Below are positions 43,711 through 54,314 of a stretch of DNA of 64,000 nucleotides, in pieces (the first letter of the stretch is position 1; each line of letters opens with the position of its first letter). A program made the position numbers and the translations under genes. Under the pieces are notes generated by a model, which saw nothing but the letters and a program-made list of their open reading frames with translations, ran no database searches and was not told the DNA's origin. The DNA is from Candidatus Spongiisociaceae bacterium (GTDB lineage Bacteria > Actinomycetota > Acidimicrobiia > Spongiisociales > Spongiisociaceae): assembly GCA_965262915.1 (NCBI GenBank), contig OZ253564.1, positions 32,001-96,000 of the forward strand, read 5' to 3'.

Positions 43711-44282
43711 CCCTCGCTCCCTCGGGCATCGGTCCCGAGCCCCAGGTCCTCGGGGTGGAACACCGCGGAGTAGCCGATGCCGAGTTCCGCAACCCGCCGG
43801 GCCGCTTCACCTCGTGACCGGTCGACCAGCACCACCGCCTGGATCACCTCCAGACCCTCTGCCCGGGCGACTTCTATGGCCTCGATGAGGCTCCCCCCGG
43901 TAGTGGCGGTGTCCTCCAGCATCGCCACCCGGTCGCCGGGACCGACCGGCCCTACCAGGCGACCGCCCGTTCCGTGCTCCTTGGCGACTTTTCGGATCGA
44001 GAACGCCCTGAGCGGGCAGCCGAGGCCTGCCGCGTGGATGGCGGTGGCGACGGCGATCGGATCCGCTCCGATAGTCATGCCCCCCACCGCATCGGCGGCT
44101 CGAAGGTAGGTCCATACCGCCGCCCCCACCAGGCGGGCTCCCTCGCCGCTGAACGTGGTCTGGCGGGCGTCGAGGTACCAATCGCTCATCCCGCCCGACC
44201 GCAACGGGAACGGGCCATCGGTCCTGACAGCATGGGAGCGTAGGTGATCAGCGACGGCTGCCCGGGGGGCTGAGAGGTTCAC
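43707..44282 (-). CDS. pyrE: orotate phosphoribosyltransferase
   Basis: LRSG..SDWYLD, GADP, IRKVAKEHG and MLEDTATTGGS (PRPP motif). Confidence 0.93.
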   Translation of the reverse strand: MNLSAPRAAVADHLRSHAVRTDGPFPLRSGGMSDWYLDARQTTFSGEGARLVGAAVWTYLRAADAVGGMTIGADPIAVATAIHAAGLGCPLRAFSIRKVAKEHGTGGRLVGPVGPGDRVAMLEDTATTGGSLIEAIEVARAEGLEVIQAVVLVDRSRGEAARRVAELGIGYSAVFHPEDLGLGTDARGSEG

Positions 44283-44382
44283 GGGACCAGGTTACCAAGC
44301 CCCGGATCGGCAGATTCGAGAGTGCACCGGAACGCGGTCGATCCGCAGGCGGATATCCGGAGGTTCCGTCGTATCATGGTTC

Positions 44383-44616
44383 ATGCCGCGTCCCAACCTC
44401 AAGGATCTCCGCAACAACTGCTCCGGTGCGGAAGGACCTTGGCCCAAGAAGCTGCGCCGAGCCGCCGCCAACTTCGCCATCAAACTTCGGACCGGCTCCA
44501 ATTGCTGTGGCAATCATGGAGATGTCGGATGCTGCATAGCTCCCGGACCCGACTCGGGCACCCACCGGCCACCGTTAGCGGCCGAACCGGCGGTCGGCCG
44601 CCGCGTAGTCGCGTAG
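44383..44616 (+). CDS. small basic protein with CCGNHGDVGCC motif
   Basis: TATCAT -10 box lies 5 nt before ATG; Cys/His cluster. Confidence 0.55.
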   Translation: MPRPNLKDLRNNCSGAEGPWPKKLRRAAANFAIKLRTGSNCCGNHGDVGCCIAPGPDSGTHRPPLAAEPAVGRRVVA

Positions 44617-45366
44617 CGCACGGATGAAGTCCACGCGGCGGAAGGCGGGCCAGAACACGTCGACGAAGGCATACTCCGCATAGGCCGCCTGCCAGAGCAG
44701 GAAGCCCGAGAGGCGGGACTCGCCCGAAGTACGGATAACGAGGTCGGCATCGGGCTGGTCCGGCTCGTACAGGTGAGCCGCGATGGCGTGGGCATCCACG
44801 TGCGCCGCCATGTCGCTGATCGGTATCCCCCGTCCCGCGAGTTCCTCCACCAGAGCCCGGCAGGCGTCCACGATCTCCTGGCGGCCCCCGTAACCCACGG
44901 CGATGGTGAGTTGCCGAGATCCGGACGCAGTGGCCTCGACGGCTCGCTTGGCGCTCTTCAGCAGCCGGGCGGGAAGCAGGTCGAGGCTTCCGATGAAGTT
45001 GACCTGGAAGCCGAGGTGGCCGGCGTGGGCAGGAAGCCGCTCGAACATCTCGATGAGGGTGTCGAAGTAAGGTTCGATCTGCGCCCGAGGGCGTCCCAGG
45101 TTCTCGGTGGACAACACCCAAGCCGTTATCAGGGGAATGGGCAGTTCGGCAGCCCAACCGACGAACTCCTCGAACCTTCGCATCCCGCTCCGGTAGCTGT
45201 CGGTGTACGTCTCCAGACCTTCGGCCCGTGCGTACCGCCGGTGGCCATCCAGGATGATCCCGATGTGCCTCGGCAGGCGCTCTGCATCGAGACGACGAAG
45301 GAGGCGATGCTCGTAGATGCGGTACAGGGGGGATGTCAGTCTCGGTTTTCGCACCGCGTTGTCCAT
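44575..45366 (-). CDS. uppS: cis-isoprenyl diphosphate synthase (short-chain Z-FPP synthase/UppS family)
   Basis: HIGIILDGHRR, STENL, GYGGRQEI and RTSGESRLSGFLLWQ motifs. Confidence 0.92.
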   Translation of the reverse strand: MDNAVRKPRLTSPLYRIYEHRLLRRLDAERLPRHIGIILDGHRRYARAEGLETYTDSYRSGMRRFEEFVGWAAELPIPLITAWVLSTENLGRPRAQIEPYFDTLIEMFERLPAHAGHLGFQVNFIGSLDLLPARLLKSAKRAVEATASGSRQLTIAVGYGGRQEIVDACRALVEELAGRGIPISDMAAHVDAHAIAAHLYEPDQPDADLVIRTSGESRLSGFLLWQAAYAEYAFVDVFWPAFRRVDFIRALRDYAAADRRFGR

Positions 45367-45423
45367 CGTCTCCCTCCGGACATCCGTGGATTCACGTGGG
45401 GGCGTCGGCTGCCACGTTGAATC

Positions 45424-45490
45424 CTAGTGTTATGTCTGCAAGACAACTTGCCCCGGGTGCCATCCACGCCATTTCACGGACAGACCACTA
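45424..45490. mobile_element. MITE family B, short (TIR-only) form
   Basis: CTAGTGTTATGTCTGCAAG ... ATTTCACGGACAGACCACTA. Confidence 0.6.
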
Positions 45491-45648
45491 CTGCCCCCCG
45501 GAGCACCACCTCCACCGCCGCCGGCGGGCGATCACCTCCCCCGGGCCGGACACGCATCTCGTGGCCGGCGGTTCCCGAACCGGTCTCTCCGCAGGGAGAA
45601 CCAGGGGTTCGGGGCGGCCATGAAGTAGGGTGATCGTCCCATGGGCCA

Positions 45649-45813
45649 AGTGGTCTGTCTGTGAAATGGTGATGGGGCATGCGCCGGCAGCGGCGTTCCT
45701 CGCAAGGCTCGCCGACGAAGGCGTACCCTTAGCGTACGTCGAGGAGGCGGAACGCAGCGAGGGGCGTCGATGCAAGCAGGGCACGCCGAATCATCTTGCA
45801 GACAGACCACTAG
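45649..45813. mobile_element. MITE family B, long form (about 165 bp)
   Basis: TIR AGTGGTCTGTCTG/CAGACAGACCACT(AG); core GCGTTCCTCGCAAGG..CGACGAAGGCGTAC..GTACGTCGAGGAGGCGGAACGC shared with 51054 and 56198. Confidence 0.85.
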
Positions 45814-45838
45814 ACCCGACCGCTACTCCCTGTGATAC

Positions 45839-47329
45839 ATGAACCTCCTGTCCGGCTATATCCATCTCGATGCTGTCGAAGTCGGCGCGCTGATCCGCGC
45901 GAAGGAGGTGCACCCGAGGGAGGTCGTGGCAGCCGCTCTGGGCCAGATCGAGCGGTACGAGACCAAGTTGAATGCCATCTCGTGGCGCCGCTACGACGTG
46001 GCTCTCGAGGAAGCGGAACGTGCCCTACCCGACTCCCCCGTCTCGGGGGTGCCGTTTCTCATCAAGGGTCTGTCCCAGACATTGGAGGGAGCGCCGCATA
46101 CATTGGCCTCCCGGATGCGCTCGGACGTGGTCGCCGATCACGACTCCTCCCTGGTAGCCCGCTACAAGGCCGCAGGTTTGCTCGTCCTCGGCCAGAGCAC
46201 CTCACCCGAGTTCGGGGCGTCCCCCGACACCCGCTCCTCCCTCTACGGAACGACTCGCAACCCGTGGGATCTGGAACGCTCGCCGGGCGGATCCAGCGGC
46301 GGGGCCGCCACGGCGGTGGCCGCCCGCTACCTCCCGGCGGCGCACGCCAGCGACGGAGCCGGCTCGATCCGTATTCCCGCCTCGATGTGCGGATTGGTGG
46401 GCCTCAAGCCCACCCGCGGCCGGACTCCCAAAGGACCCGACGCGGCCGAAGGGTGGTTCGGACTGTCGGTCGAGCATGCCCTGACCAGGACGGTCCGGGA
46501 CAGCGCGGCGCTGCTCGACATCTCCCACGGACCGGATCCGGGTGCTCCCTACTACCCGCCGCTTCCCGACCGGCCTTACCTCGAGGAAGTGACCCGCCCG
46601 CCAGGGCGGCTGAGCATCGCGGTTTCGACGGAGTCCATGCTGTCGGACCGGATGGATCCCCGCTGTGCAGAGGCGGTGAACAGGACCGCCGGACTGCTCG
46701 AGGAACTCGGGCACCGGGTCACCACGGCTCGCCCGGAAATCGACCGGACACCGTTCAAGGAAGCCCTATGGATCATGATCGCCGCCGACCTCTCAAGCGC
46801 CATCGACGCGGCTGCCCGGGAGGCCGGCCGCCGACCCTCCGACGACCTGTTCGAGACATCGTCGTGGTTGATCGGTCTGGTCGGCCGGCGCCTGACCGCG
46901 GGCGACCTGGTCACCTCGCTCCAGTACGTCTGCAACATCGGTAGGTCCACGGCTCCGTTCTTCGACGAGTACGACGTCTTCGTCGAGCCCACCATCGCCC
47001 GCCCACCCTGGAGAAGCGGGACCTTGTATCCGAAGGTGAGCAAGCGAACGGTGGCGGCCAATCTGCGGCTGCGGGGACGCCGCTCCGCCATCAGGGCCGT
47101 AGCGGCGCTGGGAGAACCGTCCTTCCGGGCAATTCCCAACAACGCCCTGTGGAACGCCACCGGCCAGCCGTCGATGTCCCTGCCCCTGGGTTGGGCCGGC
47201 GGTCTGCCGATCGGGGTCCAGTTCACGGCCCGATACGCCGACGAAGCGCTCCTGTTCCGCCTCGCGGCCCAGATCGAGGAGGCCCGCCCCTGGATCGACC
47301 GCCTACCACCGATCCTGGCCTCCGGCTAG
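45839..47329 (+). CDS. amidase signature family protein (6-aminohexanoate-cyclic-dimer hydrolase-like)
   Basis: GVPFLIK, TRNPWD, GGSSGG and SDGAGSIRIPA motifs. Confidence 0.93.
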   Translation: MNLLSGYIHLDAVEVGALIRAKEVHPREVVAAALGQIERYETKLNAISWRRYDVALEEAERALPDSPVSGVPFLIKGLSQTLEGAPHTLASRMRSDVVADHDSSLVARYKAAGLLVLGQSTSPEFGASPDTRSSLYGTTRNPWDLERSPGGSSGGAATAVAARYLPAAHASDGAGSIRIPASMCGLVGLKPTRGRTPKGPDAAEGWFGLSVEHALTRTVRDSAALLDISHGPDPGAPYYPPLPDRPYLEEVTRPPGRLSIAVSTESMLSDRMDPRCAEAVNRTAGLLEELGHRVTTARPEIDRTPFKEALWIMIAADLSSAIDAAAREAGRRPSDDLFETSSWLIGLVGRRLTAGDLVTSLQYVCNIGRSTAPFFDEYDVFVEPTIARPPWRSGTLYPKVSKRTVAANLRLRGRRSAIRAVAALGEPSFRAIPNNALWNATGQPSMSLPLGWAGGLPIGVQFTARYADEALLFRLAAQIEEARPWIDRLPPILASG

Positions 47330-47375
47330 CAGTCTATGTGAAGCGGCGGCACGGCATGCGCCGGCGGCCCGAAAG

Positions 47376-48872
47376 CTACAACTGCCGGGTGGCGAGGAAC
47401 GGCAATCGGGGCTCCGCGGCGCATAGCGCTTCTACTTCCTCGGGATCAGTAGGTACCCCGGCGGTGAGGTTCTCGTGGCCGGTGGCGGTTATCAGGACAT
47501 CGTCCTCTATCCGGATGCCGATTCCCCGGAAGGCCCCCGGAACCCGGTGCGTGACGGTCGTCGCAGACTCCCGTTCCTGCTTCTCCAACTCCTTCGCCTT
47601 GGCGACACCGAGGATCATCCTGCGCTCGGTCCACTCGTCGAGGTCGTACTCGAGCATCGGCAACTCGACCTCGGCCCGCTGCGGATCCACGTAGATACCC
47701 GGCTCCACGGTGAACGCCATGCCCGGTACGAGAGGGCGGGGTTGACCCGCTACGCCGTAGGCACCGGCGTCATGCACGTCCATACCCAGCCAGTGACCCG
47801 TTCCGTGCATGAAGTACTCGCGGTAGTGATGCATCCGAACCACCTCGTCGGCCGGTCCCGGCAGCAGGCCCAGGTCGACCAACCCCTCGGCAATGGTCTC
47901 GACCGCCGCCTGATGGAGGTCCTTCAGGGTCGATCCCGGTCCGGCAAGCTCCAGTGCGGCTCGCTGGGCCCTCAGCACCACGTCGTACAGCTCCCTCTGC
48001 TGACCGCTGAAGGCGCCGGAAGCCGGGAAGGTCCGGGTGATGTCGGCGGAGAAGTACCCGTACTCGGCCCCGGCATCGATCAGCACCAGATCGCCGTTCC
48101 CGATCCTGCCGTCGTTGTCGGTGTAGTGCAGGATGCAGGCGTTCTCGCCTGAGGCGACGATGGCAGGGTACCCGTCGCGGCGGGCACCCCGCGCCCTGAA
48201 GACGTACTCCAATGCAGCTTGGACCTGGTATTCGTAGTGGCCCGGCCGCGTGAAACGCATCGCCTCCGAGTGGCCCTCGGCCGTGATCTCGCAGACGGCC
48301 TCGAGGTGCGCCACCTCCTCCGGTGTCTTGTGGAGGCGTAGCTCGGCCAGCACCGGCTCGGCGTCACGGACCTCGGCGGGCACGACCCTCCCGTACCGGT
48401 TGGCCAGACCACCCACCGCCCGGACCATCCGCACCACCCTCCGGTGGAACCCCGCACTGCCGAACGGCAGGTAGACCACCCGGCGGCCCACGAGCCTGCG
48501 ACGCAGGATCCCGTCGAACTCCGAAACGGGATGGGCGGCGTCGGCGCCGAAGCGCTCCCTAGCCCCCTCGACACCGGCCCGGCGTCCGTCCCAGATCTCC
48601 CGCTCCCGGTCCCGGGGCCGGACGAACAGCACGTACTGCTCATCGGTGGCGGCCGGGTCGATGAGCATGACGGCGTCCGGCTCGTCGAACCCGGTGAGGT
48701 AGTAGAAGTCCGAGTTCTGGCGGAACGGGTACTCAACATCGTTGTTGCGGGTCACCTGAGCGGCCGCCGGGACCAAGGCCATTCCGTCGCCGACCAACCC
48801 TGCGAACCTCTCTCGGCGGTCCGCGTACAGGACCTGGTGGGATGGGATCTCCCGTGATCGGCTCTCCGTCAT
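47376..48872 (-). CDS. pepP: Xaa-Pro aminopeptidase
   Basis: FRQNSDFYYLTGFDEP, DAG, DITRT, HGTGHWLGMDVHD, EPG and RIEDD motifs. Confidence 0.95.
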   Translation of the reverse strand: MTESRSREIPSHQVLYADRRERFAGLVGDGMALVPAAAQVTRNNDVEYPFRQNSDFYYLTGFDEPDAVMLIDPAATDEQYVLFVRPRDREREIWDGRRAGVEGARERFGADAAHPVSEFDGILRRRLVGRRVVYLPFGSAGFHRRVVRMVRAVGGLANRYGRVVPAEVRDAEPVLAELRLHKTPEEVAHLEAVCEITAEGHSEAMRFTRPGHYEYQVQAALEYVFRARGARRDGYPAIVASGENACILHYTDNDGRIGNGDLVLIDAGAEYGYFSADITRTFPASGAFSGQQRELYDVVLRAQRAALELAGPGSTLKDLHQAAVETIAEGLVDLGLLPGPADEVVRMHHYREYFMHGTGHWLGMDVHDAGAYGVAGQPRPLVPGMAFTVEPGIYVDPQRAEVELPMLEYDLDEWTERRMILGVAKAKELEKQERESATTVTHRVPGAFRGIGIRIEDDVLITATGHENLTAGVPTDPEEVEALCAAEPRLPFLATRQL

Positions 48873-49014
48873 TCCCCGAAGGCTAACCGGCCCGCACCAT
48901 CTCGCGTTCGCGACGGTAACGGGCAAGCCGGATCGCCGACAGCACGATCGGCGGCGTCCGTGGGGATGGATGTGCCGCAGGTCCTAGCGTTCGTCAAGCG
49001 CTTCTGGCGACACC

Positions 49015-49203
49015 CTAACCGGCCGCGATATGAGCCTCGATCCTGGTCAGCCGGTGCTCGACTTGGGAGATCCGTTCACCTTGCTCAGCGAGCCGTTCAC
49101 CCTGCCGGTCGATCTTGCGGCTCAATGCGAGATGGCTCTGCCATATGGCGCCCATCAGCGAGACGTACACGAACGCCACTGTTCCGATCAGTGCAGGGTC
49201 CAT
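49015..49203 (-). CDS. small TM + coiled-coil protein (62 aa)
   Basis: N-terminal TM, QGERL/QGERI heptads, RLTRIEA; TACAAT -10 box just upstream. Confidence 0.65.
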   Translation of the reverse strand: MDPALIGTVAFVYVSLMGAIWQSHLALSRKIDRQGERLAEQGERISQVEHRLTRIEAHIAAG

Positions 49204-49253
49204 GATTCGCCATTGTACACCAGCAACAGCTCCGTTGTGAAGTGATATGTTGG

Positions 49254-50126
49254 TCAACAACCGGTAGCGTGGTGACACCAATCGGCAAGCGCGGCACCGA
49301 TCAGGCCGGGCGAGTCCTCCTGGACGAAGTGGATGCCGGGCACCGTGATCTCGGTCTGGTTGGGCCATGAACGGCAGACCTCGCGAGCGCGTCCCACCAG
49401 GATCGAACCGGGGTCGGCATTGATGAACAGCTTGGGTACGTCCCAGGTCGCCAGCCTCGTCGCGCAGTCCTCGACGATGTCATGCACGTCGCGCGGATGT
49501 CCGTCGATCGGGATCTCGCGCGGCCAGGTGAGCATCGGCCGTCTGTCCTCTCCGGGCCGGCGGAAGGGGCGGCGGTAGCGGTCCATTTCGTCGGGAGTAA
49601 GGTCGCGCAGGATCGAACCGGGCAGGATCCGCTCGACGAACACGTTCTTGTCGAGAACGATCTCCTCTCCGGCATCGGAGCGCATGGCCTGGAAGATCCG
49701 CCGGGCCGCGGTCGGCCAGTCGTCCCAGGTCAAGGGTGTGACGATCGCCTCCATGTAGGCGAGACCCCTGACGGAGCCGGGATGCCGGACCGCCCAGTCG
49801 AAGGCCAGGACCGAACCCCAATCGTGGCCCACAAAGGTGACGTTGCCCCGGACATCAAGAAGCCTGAGCAACTCGTCGAGGTAGCGGCGGTGCTGAACGT
49901 ATCGGTAGGCGCCGGGACCGGAGCCGATCAGCTTGGCCGAGTCGCCCATCCCGATCAGGTCGGGGGCGATGCAGCGGCCCAGCTTCGCGACCGCAGGGAT
50001 GACTCCCCGCCACAGATACGACGATGCCGGGTTCCCGTGGAGGAACACGATCGGGTCTCCGGACCCCACCTCCACGTATGCCATTTCGAGATCGAACACC
50101 CGACGGGTGTACTTTTCCAGCCTCAT
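49254..50126 (-). CDS. dhaA: haloalkane dehalogenase (LinB/DhaA-type)
   Basis: HGNP, GHDWG (Asp nucleophile + Trp), YMEAIV, TWPREIP and GIHFVQED motifs. Confidence 0.92.
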   Translation of the reverse strand: MRLEKYTRRVFDLEMAYVEVGSGDPIVFLHGNPASSYLWRGVIPAVAKLGRCIAPDLIGMGDSAKLIGSGPGAYRYVQHRRYLDELLRLLDVRGNVTFVGHDWGSVLAFDWAVRHPGSVRGLAYMEAIVTPLTWDDWPTAARRIFQAMRSDAGEEIVLDKNVFVERILPGSILRDLTPDEMDRYRRPFRRPGEDRRPMLTWPREIPIDGHPRDVHDIVEDCATRLATWDVPKLFINADPGSILVGRAREVCRSWPNQTEITVPGIHFVQEDSPGLIGAALADWCHHATGC

Positions 50127-50265
50127 GAGTCCCCTTGTCGGATCCCCGGCAAGCTAACCGGACCGCTCCGGATCGTATTCCGGACCCCCATTAGGGAGCG
50201 CCAAGGAACGGTGAGATCGGTTGCGCGCGGCCCCGCTCGGCGCGGTCGTCAGCGATCCCATCCCA

Positions 50266-50928
50266 TCAGCCGGTAAACCCGACTTTCTTGTGGGATCCGT
50301 CGCAGAGTGGCTTGTTGGCGGAATGACCGCAGCGGCACAGGGTGACCCGGTTCCGGGTCTCGAACGGCTCGTCGTCCGCCCGCCGGACGGGGATACCGCC
50401 GGTCAGCCAGAGGGGGCCATCGGCGATGACCGAGATCTCGAGGGGCAGGGTCGGTTCGATCTCGGCGCCGTCGACCGAGTAGGCGAGAGCTCCCGAGGGG
50501 CACCGCTCGATCATGGCCATCACCTGGGCTCGAACCACGCTGTCGTCGGTCCCCGGGGTCATCCTCCAGACGTTGGATATGCGGTTGCCGCAGAACCCTG
50601 CATGGACACAGATACTGCGGTCGTCCGATACCTCTATGCCGACCCCGCCCAGGTCGGCGCACCGTTCCCTGAAGGAATCGGCCGGCGCCGTTTCCGTACC
50701 GTCGAAGCCCACCTTGCCGTGCGTTCCGTCACAGTACGGCTTTGTGGACGACTCACCACACCTGCACAACGCGTAGACCGGGTTCTGATCGCTCACGTCT
50801 TCGGTGCGCCATGTGAGAGGTTCGCCGTGTTCGGACACCACAGCACTTCTGACCCTCAACGGCACCGATCCCGAAACCAGGTAAGGACCGTCGGGTCGAA
50901 CGCTGACGGTCACGGGTTGCTCGGCCAC
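50266..50928 (-). CDS. CDGSH iron-sulfur protein (two CDGSH domains + YjdI-like 4Fe-4S domain)
   Basis: CRCGESSTKPYCDGTH, CVHAGFC, CPSGAL and CRCGHSANKPLCDGSH motifs. Confidence 0.92.
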   Translation of the reverse strand: MAEQPVTVSVRPDGPYLVSGSVPLRVRSAVVSEHGEPLTWRTEDVSDQNPVYALCRCGESSTKPYCDGTHGKVGFDGTETAPADSFRERCADLGGVGIEVSDDRSICVHAGFCGNRISNVWRMTPGTDDSVVRAQVMAMIERCPSGALAYSVDGAEIEPTLPLEISVIADGPLWLTGGIPVRRADDEPFETRNRVTLCRCGHSANKPLCDGSHKKVGFTG

Positions 50929-51005
50929 TCTGTCCTCCCGGGTGGTTCGCAGATCTGAGGAGACTATACGCAAACCGGCGCCGTTAGCGCGAGTGCGAAG
51001 ATGTC

Positions 51006-51220
51006 CTGGTTGTCTGTCCGTTAAATAGCGGCGTGGTATGCAGACAGAACCACAGTGGTCTGCCTGTGAAACGGCGGCGTGGTATGCGCCGGCAGCGGCG
51101 TTCCTCGCAAGGCCCGCCGACGAAGGCATACCCGCAGCGGTACGTCGAGGAGGCGGAACGCAGCGAGGGGCGTCGGTGGCAAGCAGAGCACGGCAAGTTG
51201 TTTTGCAGGCAGACCACTAG
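51006..51220. mobile_element. MITE family B, short + long tandem; overlaps the argH stop codon
   Basis: Short unit 51006-51053, long unit 51054-51220 ending CAGGCAGACCACTAG. Confidence 0.8.
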
Positions 51221-52578
51221 CCCAGCCGCTCTCCGAGAATCCGGAGTTGCTGCCGCACCGAGGCGAACCCGGCGCCCCCGGTCGACCTGCGCCTGCGGAC
51301 CGATTCGACCGGTTCGGTGAGAGCCACGTCCTCAGGTTCGAAACGGGGATGGATCGCCTCGAGGTCCTCGGCGCCGGCCGCCGACAGCGTCCTTCCGTCA
51401 GCAAGCAAGGTCGACAGCAGCGCTCCCACCGCCCGGTGGGCTTCGCGGAACGGGACACCCCGCTCCACCAGCACCTCGGCCAGGTCGAGGGCGGTGACCG
51501 ACGAGTCGGGCGGCGCCGGATGGAAGTCGGCATTGGCCAGCAGAGCGGTCATCGCCTCCAACGAGCCGGCCAGAGCATCGTCGATGGCGAACAGCGCTGC
51601 CTTGTCCTCCTGCAGGTCGCGGTTGTAGGTCATCGGAAGGCCCTTCTGGAGAGCCATCAGTCCGGTCAGGTGCCCGATGGCGATGGCCGCCCTGCCGCGG
51701 GTCAACTCGGCGATGTCGGGGTTCTTTTTGTGAGGCATGGCCGACGAACCGGTTGTCAGCGCATCGCTGAAGGTGACCCAGCCGAATTCGGTGGTCGTCC
51801 AGAGCACGCACTCGGTGGCCAGCCGCGACAGGTGTACCAGAGCCTGGGCGGCGGCAAAGGCGTACTCGGATACATGATCCCGGGCAGCCACCGCATCCAT
51901 CGAGTTGATGAACCGGCCCTTCATCCCCAACAACTCGGCTGAACGGTCCGGGTCGAGCGGAAGGCTGCTCCCCCCAAGGGCGCCGGCCCCCAGCGGGGAA
52001 ACCTCGATGCGCCGGCCCAAGTCCTCAAAGCGCTCGATGTCCCTCAGCGCGGTTGACACGTATGACAGCAGGTGATGGGCGAACGGGACGGCCTGGGCCT
52101 GCTGGAGGTGGGTGTAGCCGGGGACCACCGTCTCTCCGACCGATTCGGCCGCTGTCATCATCGTGAGGGCGAACTCCCGCAACTGCGCGATCCTCTCGGA
52201 AGCCGAACGGCGCAGGTACAGGCGCAGGTCCAACGCCACCTGGTCGTTGCGTGACCGTCCCGTGTGCAGCTTTCCGGCTACCTCGCCCACCAGTTCGCCG
52301 AGCCGTCTCTCGACGGCCGAGTGGACATCCTCGTCAGCTTCGTGGAACCGGAAGGTCCCCTCGCCCGCCTCGGTCGCGATCTTCTCCAGACCCCGGATGA
52401 GGATGTCGACCTCTTCCCGATCCAGCAGCCCGGTATCCCCGAGCATGGTGACATGTGCGAGCGAACCTACGATGTCGTCGAGCAGTAGGCGGCGGTCGGA
52501 GTGGTCCACCGTGAAGCGCCACAATACTTCATCGGGATCCTCCGAGAAACGGCCTCCCCACATCTGGGCCACGGTCAT
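51217..52578 (-). CDS. argH: argininosuccinate lyase
   Basis: WGGRF, EDVH, HTGRSRNDQ, GYTHLQ, GSSAMPHKKNPD and YNRDLQEDK motifs. Confidence 0.97.
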   Translation of the reverse strand: MTVAQMWGGRFSEDPDEVLWRFTVDHSDRRLLLDDIVGSLAHVTMLGDTGLLDREEVDILIRGLEKIATEAGEGTFRFHEADEDVHSAVERRLGELVGEVAGKLHTGRSRNDQVALDLRLYLRRSASERIAQLREFALTMMTAAESVGETVVPGYTHLQQAQAVPFAHHLLSYVSTALRDIERFEDLGRRIEVSPLGAGALGGSSLPLDPDRSAELLGMKGRFINSMDAVAARDHVSEYAFAAAQALVHLSRLATECVLWTTTEFGWVTFSDALTTGSSAMPHKKNPDIAELTRGRAAIAIGHLTGLMALQKGLPMTYNRDLQEDKAALFAIDDALAGSLEAMTALLANADFHPAPPDSSVTALDLAEVLVERGVPFREAHRAVGALLSTLLADGRTLSAAGAEDLEAIHPRFEPEDVALTEPVESVRRRRSTGGAGFASVRQQLRILGERLG

Positions 52579-52618
52579 GCTCCCCGATCCGACGGCGGCT
52601 TAGGGTCGCTCAGCGCCG

Positions 52619-53815
52619 TCACCCCAGCCCCCGCCCGGCCTGCATGCGGAGACGGAGGGCGTTCAGCCGGATGAACCCCGTAGCGTCGGCCTGGTCGTAT
52701 GTACCACCCTCCTCGAAGGTCACGGTCTCCTGGTCGTAGAGGGTGTGGGAATCCGAGCGCCGGCCGACGACGATGGCATTGCCCTTGTACAGACGAAGGC
52801 GGGCGTCGCCGGTAACCCCTGCCTGGATCTCGTCCATGAATCCCTGGAGGGCTTCCCGCTCGGGAGAGAACCAGAACCCGTAGTAGACCATCTCGGCGTA
52901 GCGAGGCATCAGCTGGTCGCGGAGGTGGGCAAGCTCACGATCGAGCGTGATCGATTCCACCGCCCGGTGCGCATGGTGGAGGAGGGTGCCTCCCGGCGTC
53001 TCGTACACCCCCCGGTTCTTCATGCCCACGAAGCGGTTCTCCACCAGGTCCACCCGCCCGACCCCGTGGGTTCCGGCGATCAGGTTGCAGTGGGCCAGCA
53101 GGTCGGCCGGGGACATCTCCATGCCGTCGACCGCGACCGGGGTTCCCCGCTCGAAGGAGACTATGACCTCCTGGGGATCGTCCGGAGCATCTTCCGGATC
53201 GGTGGTCAGATTGAAGATCCCCGTAGGAGGACTCACCCACGGATCCTCCAGCACACCTCCTTCATAGGAGATGTGGAGCAGGTTGGCGTCGGTCGAGTAG
53301 GGCTTGTCGGGCGTGACCGGAATCGGTATGTCGTGCTTGTCGGCATAGGCAACGAGGTCGGCCCTTCCCCGCATGCTCCACTCCCGCCAGGGAGCGACCA
53401 CCCTTATGTCCGGCTTCAGGGCATAGGCGGAAAGCTCGAAACGCACCTGGTCGTTGCCTTTGCCCGTCGCTCCGTGGGAGATGGCTTCCGCACCGAAGGT
53501 CTCGGCGGCCCTGACCAAGCCCTTGGCGATGACAGGTCGGGCGAGCGACGTACCGAGCAGGTAGTAGTTCTCGTAGACAGCGTTGGCGCGGATCGCCGGC
53601 CACACGTATTCCTCGACGAACTCCTCCCGCAGGTCCTCGGCCACGGCTTCCACCGCACCGGTCGCGTACGCCTTGGCGACTGCTTCCTCGACCTCTTCTC
53701 CTTGGCCGACATCCGCCGTGTAGCAGACGACTTCGTAGCCGCGCTCCTCGATCAGCCACTTGAGGATGACCGACGTGTCCAGCCCTCCCGAGTACGCCAG
53801 CACCACCCGGCTCAT
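52619..53815 (-). CDS. argG: argininosuccinate synthase
   Basis: [23 protein letters not shown] and GVYETPGG motifs. Confidence 0.98.
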   Translation of the reverse strand: MSRVVLAYSGGLDTSVILKWLIEERGYEVVCYTADVGQGEEVEEAVAKAYATGAVEAVAEDLREEFVEEYVWPAIRANAVYENYYLLGTSLARPVIAKGLVRAAETFGAEAISHGATGKGNDQVRFELSAYALKPDIRVVAPWREWSMRGRADLVAYADKHDIPIPVTPDKPYSTDANLLHISYEGGVLEDPWVSPPTGIFNLTTDPEDAPDDPQEVIVSFERGTPVAVDGMEMSPADLLAHCNLIAGTHGVGRVDLVENRFVGMKNRGVYETPGGTLLHHAHRAVESITLDRELAHLRDQLMPRYAEMVYYGFWFSPEREALQGFMDEIQAGVTGDARLRLYKGNAIVVGRRSDSHTLYDQETVTFEEGGTYDQADATGFIRLNALRLRMQAGRGLG

Positions 53816-54276
53816 CCGTGCACTCCTATCTGCTCGATCAACTCGGCAACCGCCCGGCCACCGGTATCTTCGTCGGCGACGATGAGCATCGTGTCATCGC
53901 CGGCCACGGTACCCAGGACGCCGTCGAGTCCGGCGCCGTCGATCGCCGCTGCCACGACGTGGGCGGCGCCGGGCGGAGTCTTGACGACCACCAGGTTGCC
54001 ACTTGCGCGTACCGACTCCGCGTACGTGTACAGGGTCACGGCCAAGGCCTCCCGTGTGCGGGAAGAGGCAGGATCGGGTTCCCACATGTAGCGCATGGTT
54101 CCGTCCGCCGTCCTGACCTTGACCGCCCCCACGGCCTGCAGATCCCTCGAGACCGTGGCCTGGGTGACCGGGAATCCCTGCTCCGCCAGCAATCGGACCA
54201 GATCCGATTGGCTCGTGACGACCTGCTCCGAAAGGATGGTCCGCACGGCCCACTGGCGAGAGGCCGTCCTGTTCAT
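53812..54276 (-). CDS. argR: arginine repressor
   Basis: [17 protein letters not shown] and GTVAGDDT motifs. Confidence 0.96.
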   Translation of the reverse strand: MNRTASRQWAVRTILSEQVVTSQSDLVRLLAEQGFPVTQATVSRDLQAVGAVKVRTADGTMRYMWEPDPASSRTREALAVTLYTYAESVRASGNLVVVKTPPGAAHVVAAAIDGAGLDGVLGTVAGDDTMLIVADEDTGGRAVAELIEQIGVHG

Positions 54277-54314
54277 GATGCACAAGTATGCACATCGGTG
54301 AATGAATATGCAAG
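54277..54314 (-). promoter_or_regulatory. tandem ARG boxes overlapping the leaderless argR promoter
   Basis: TTGCATATTCATTCAC and GTGCATACTTGTGCAT; TTGCAT-17-CATACT ends 8 nt before ATG. Confidence 0.8.
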
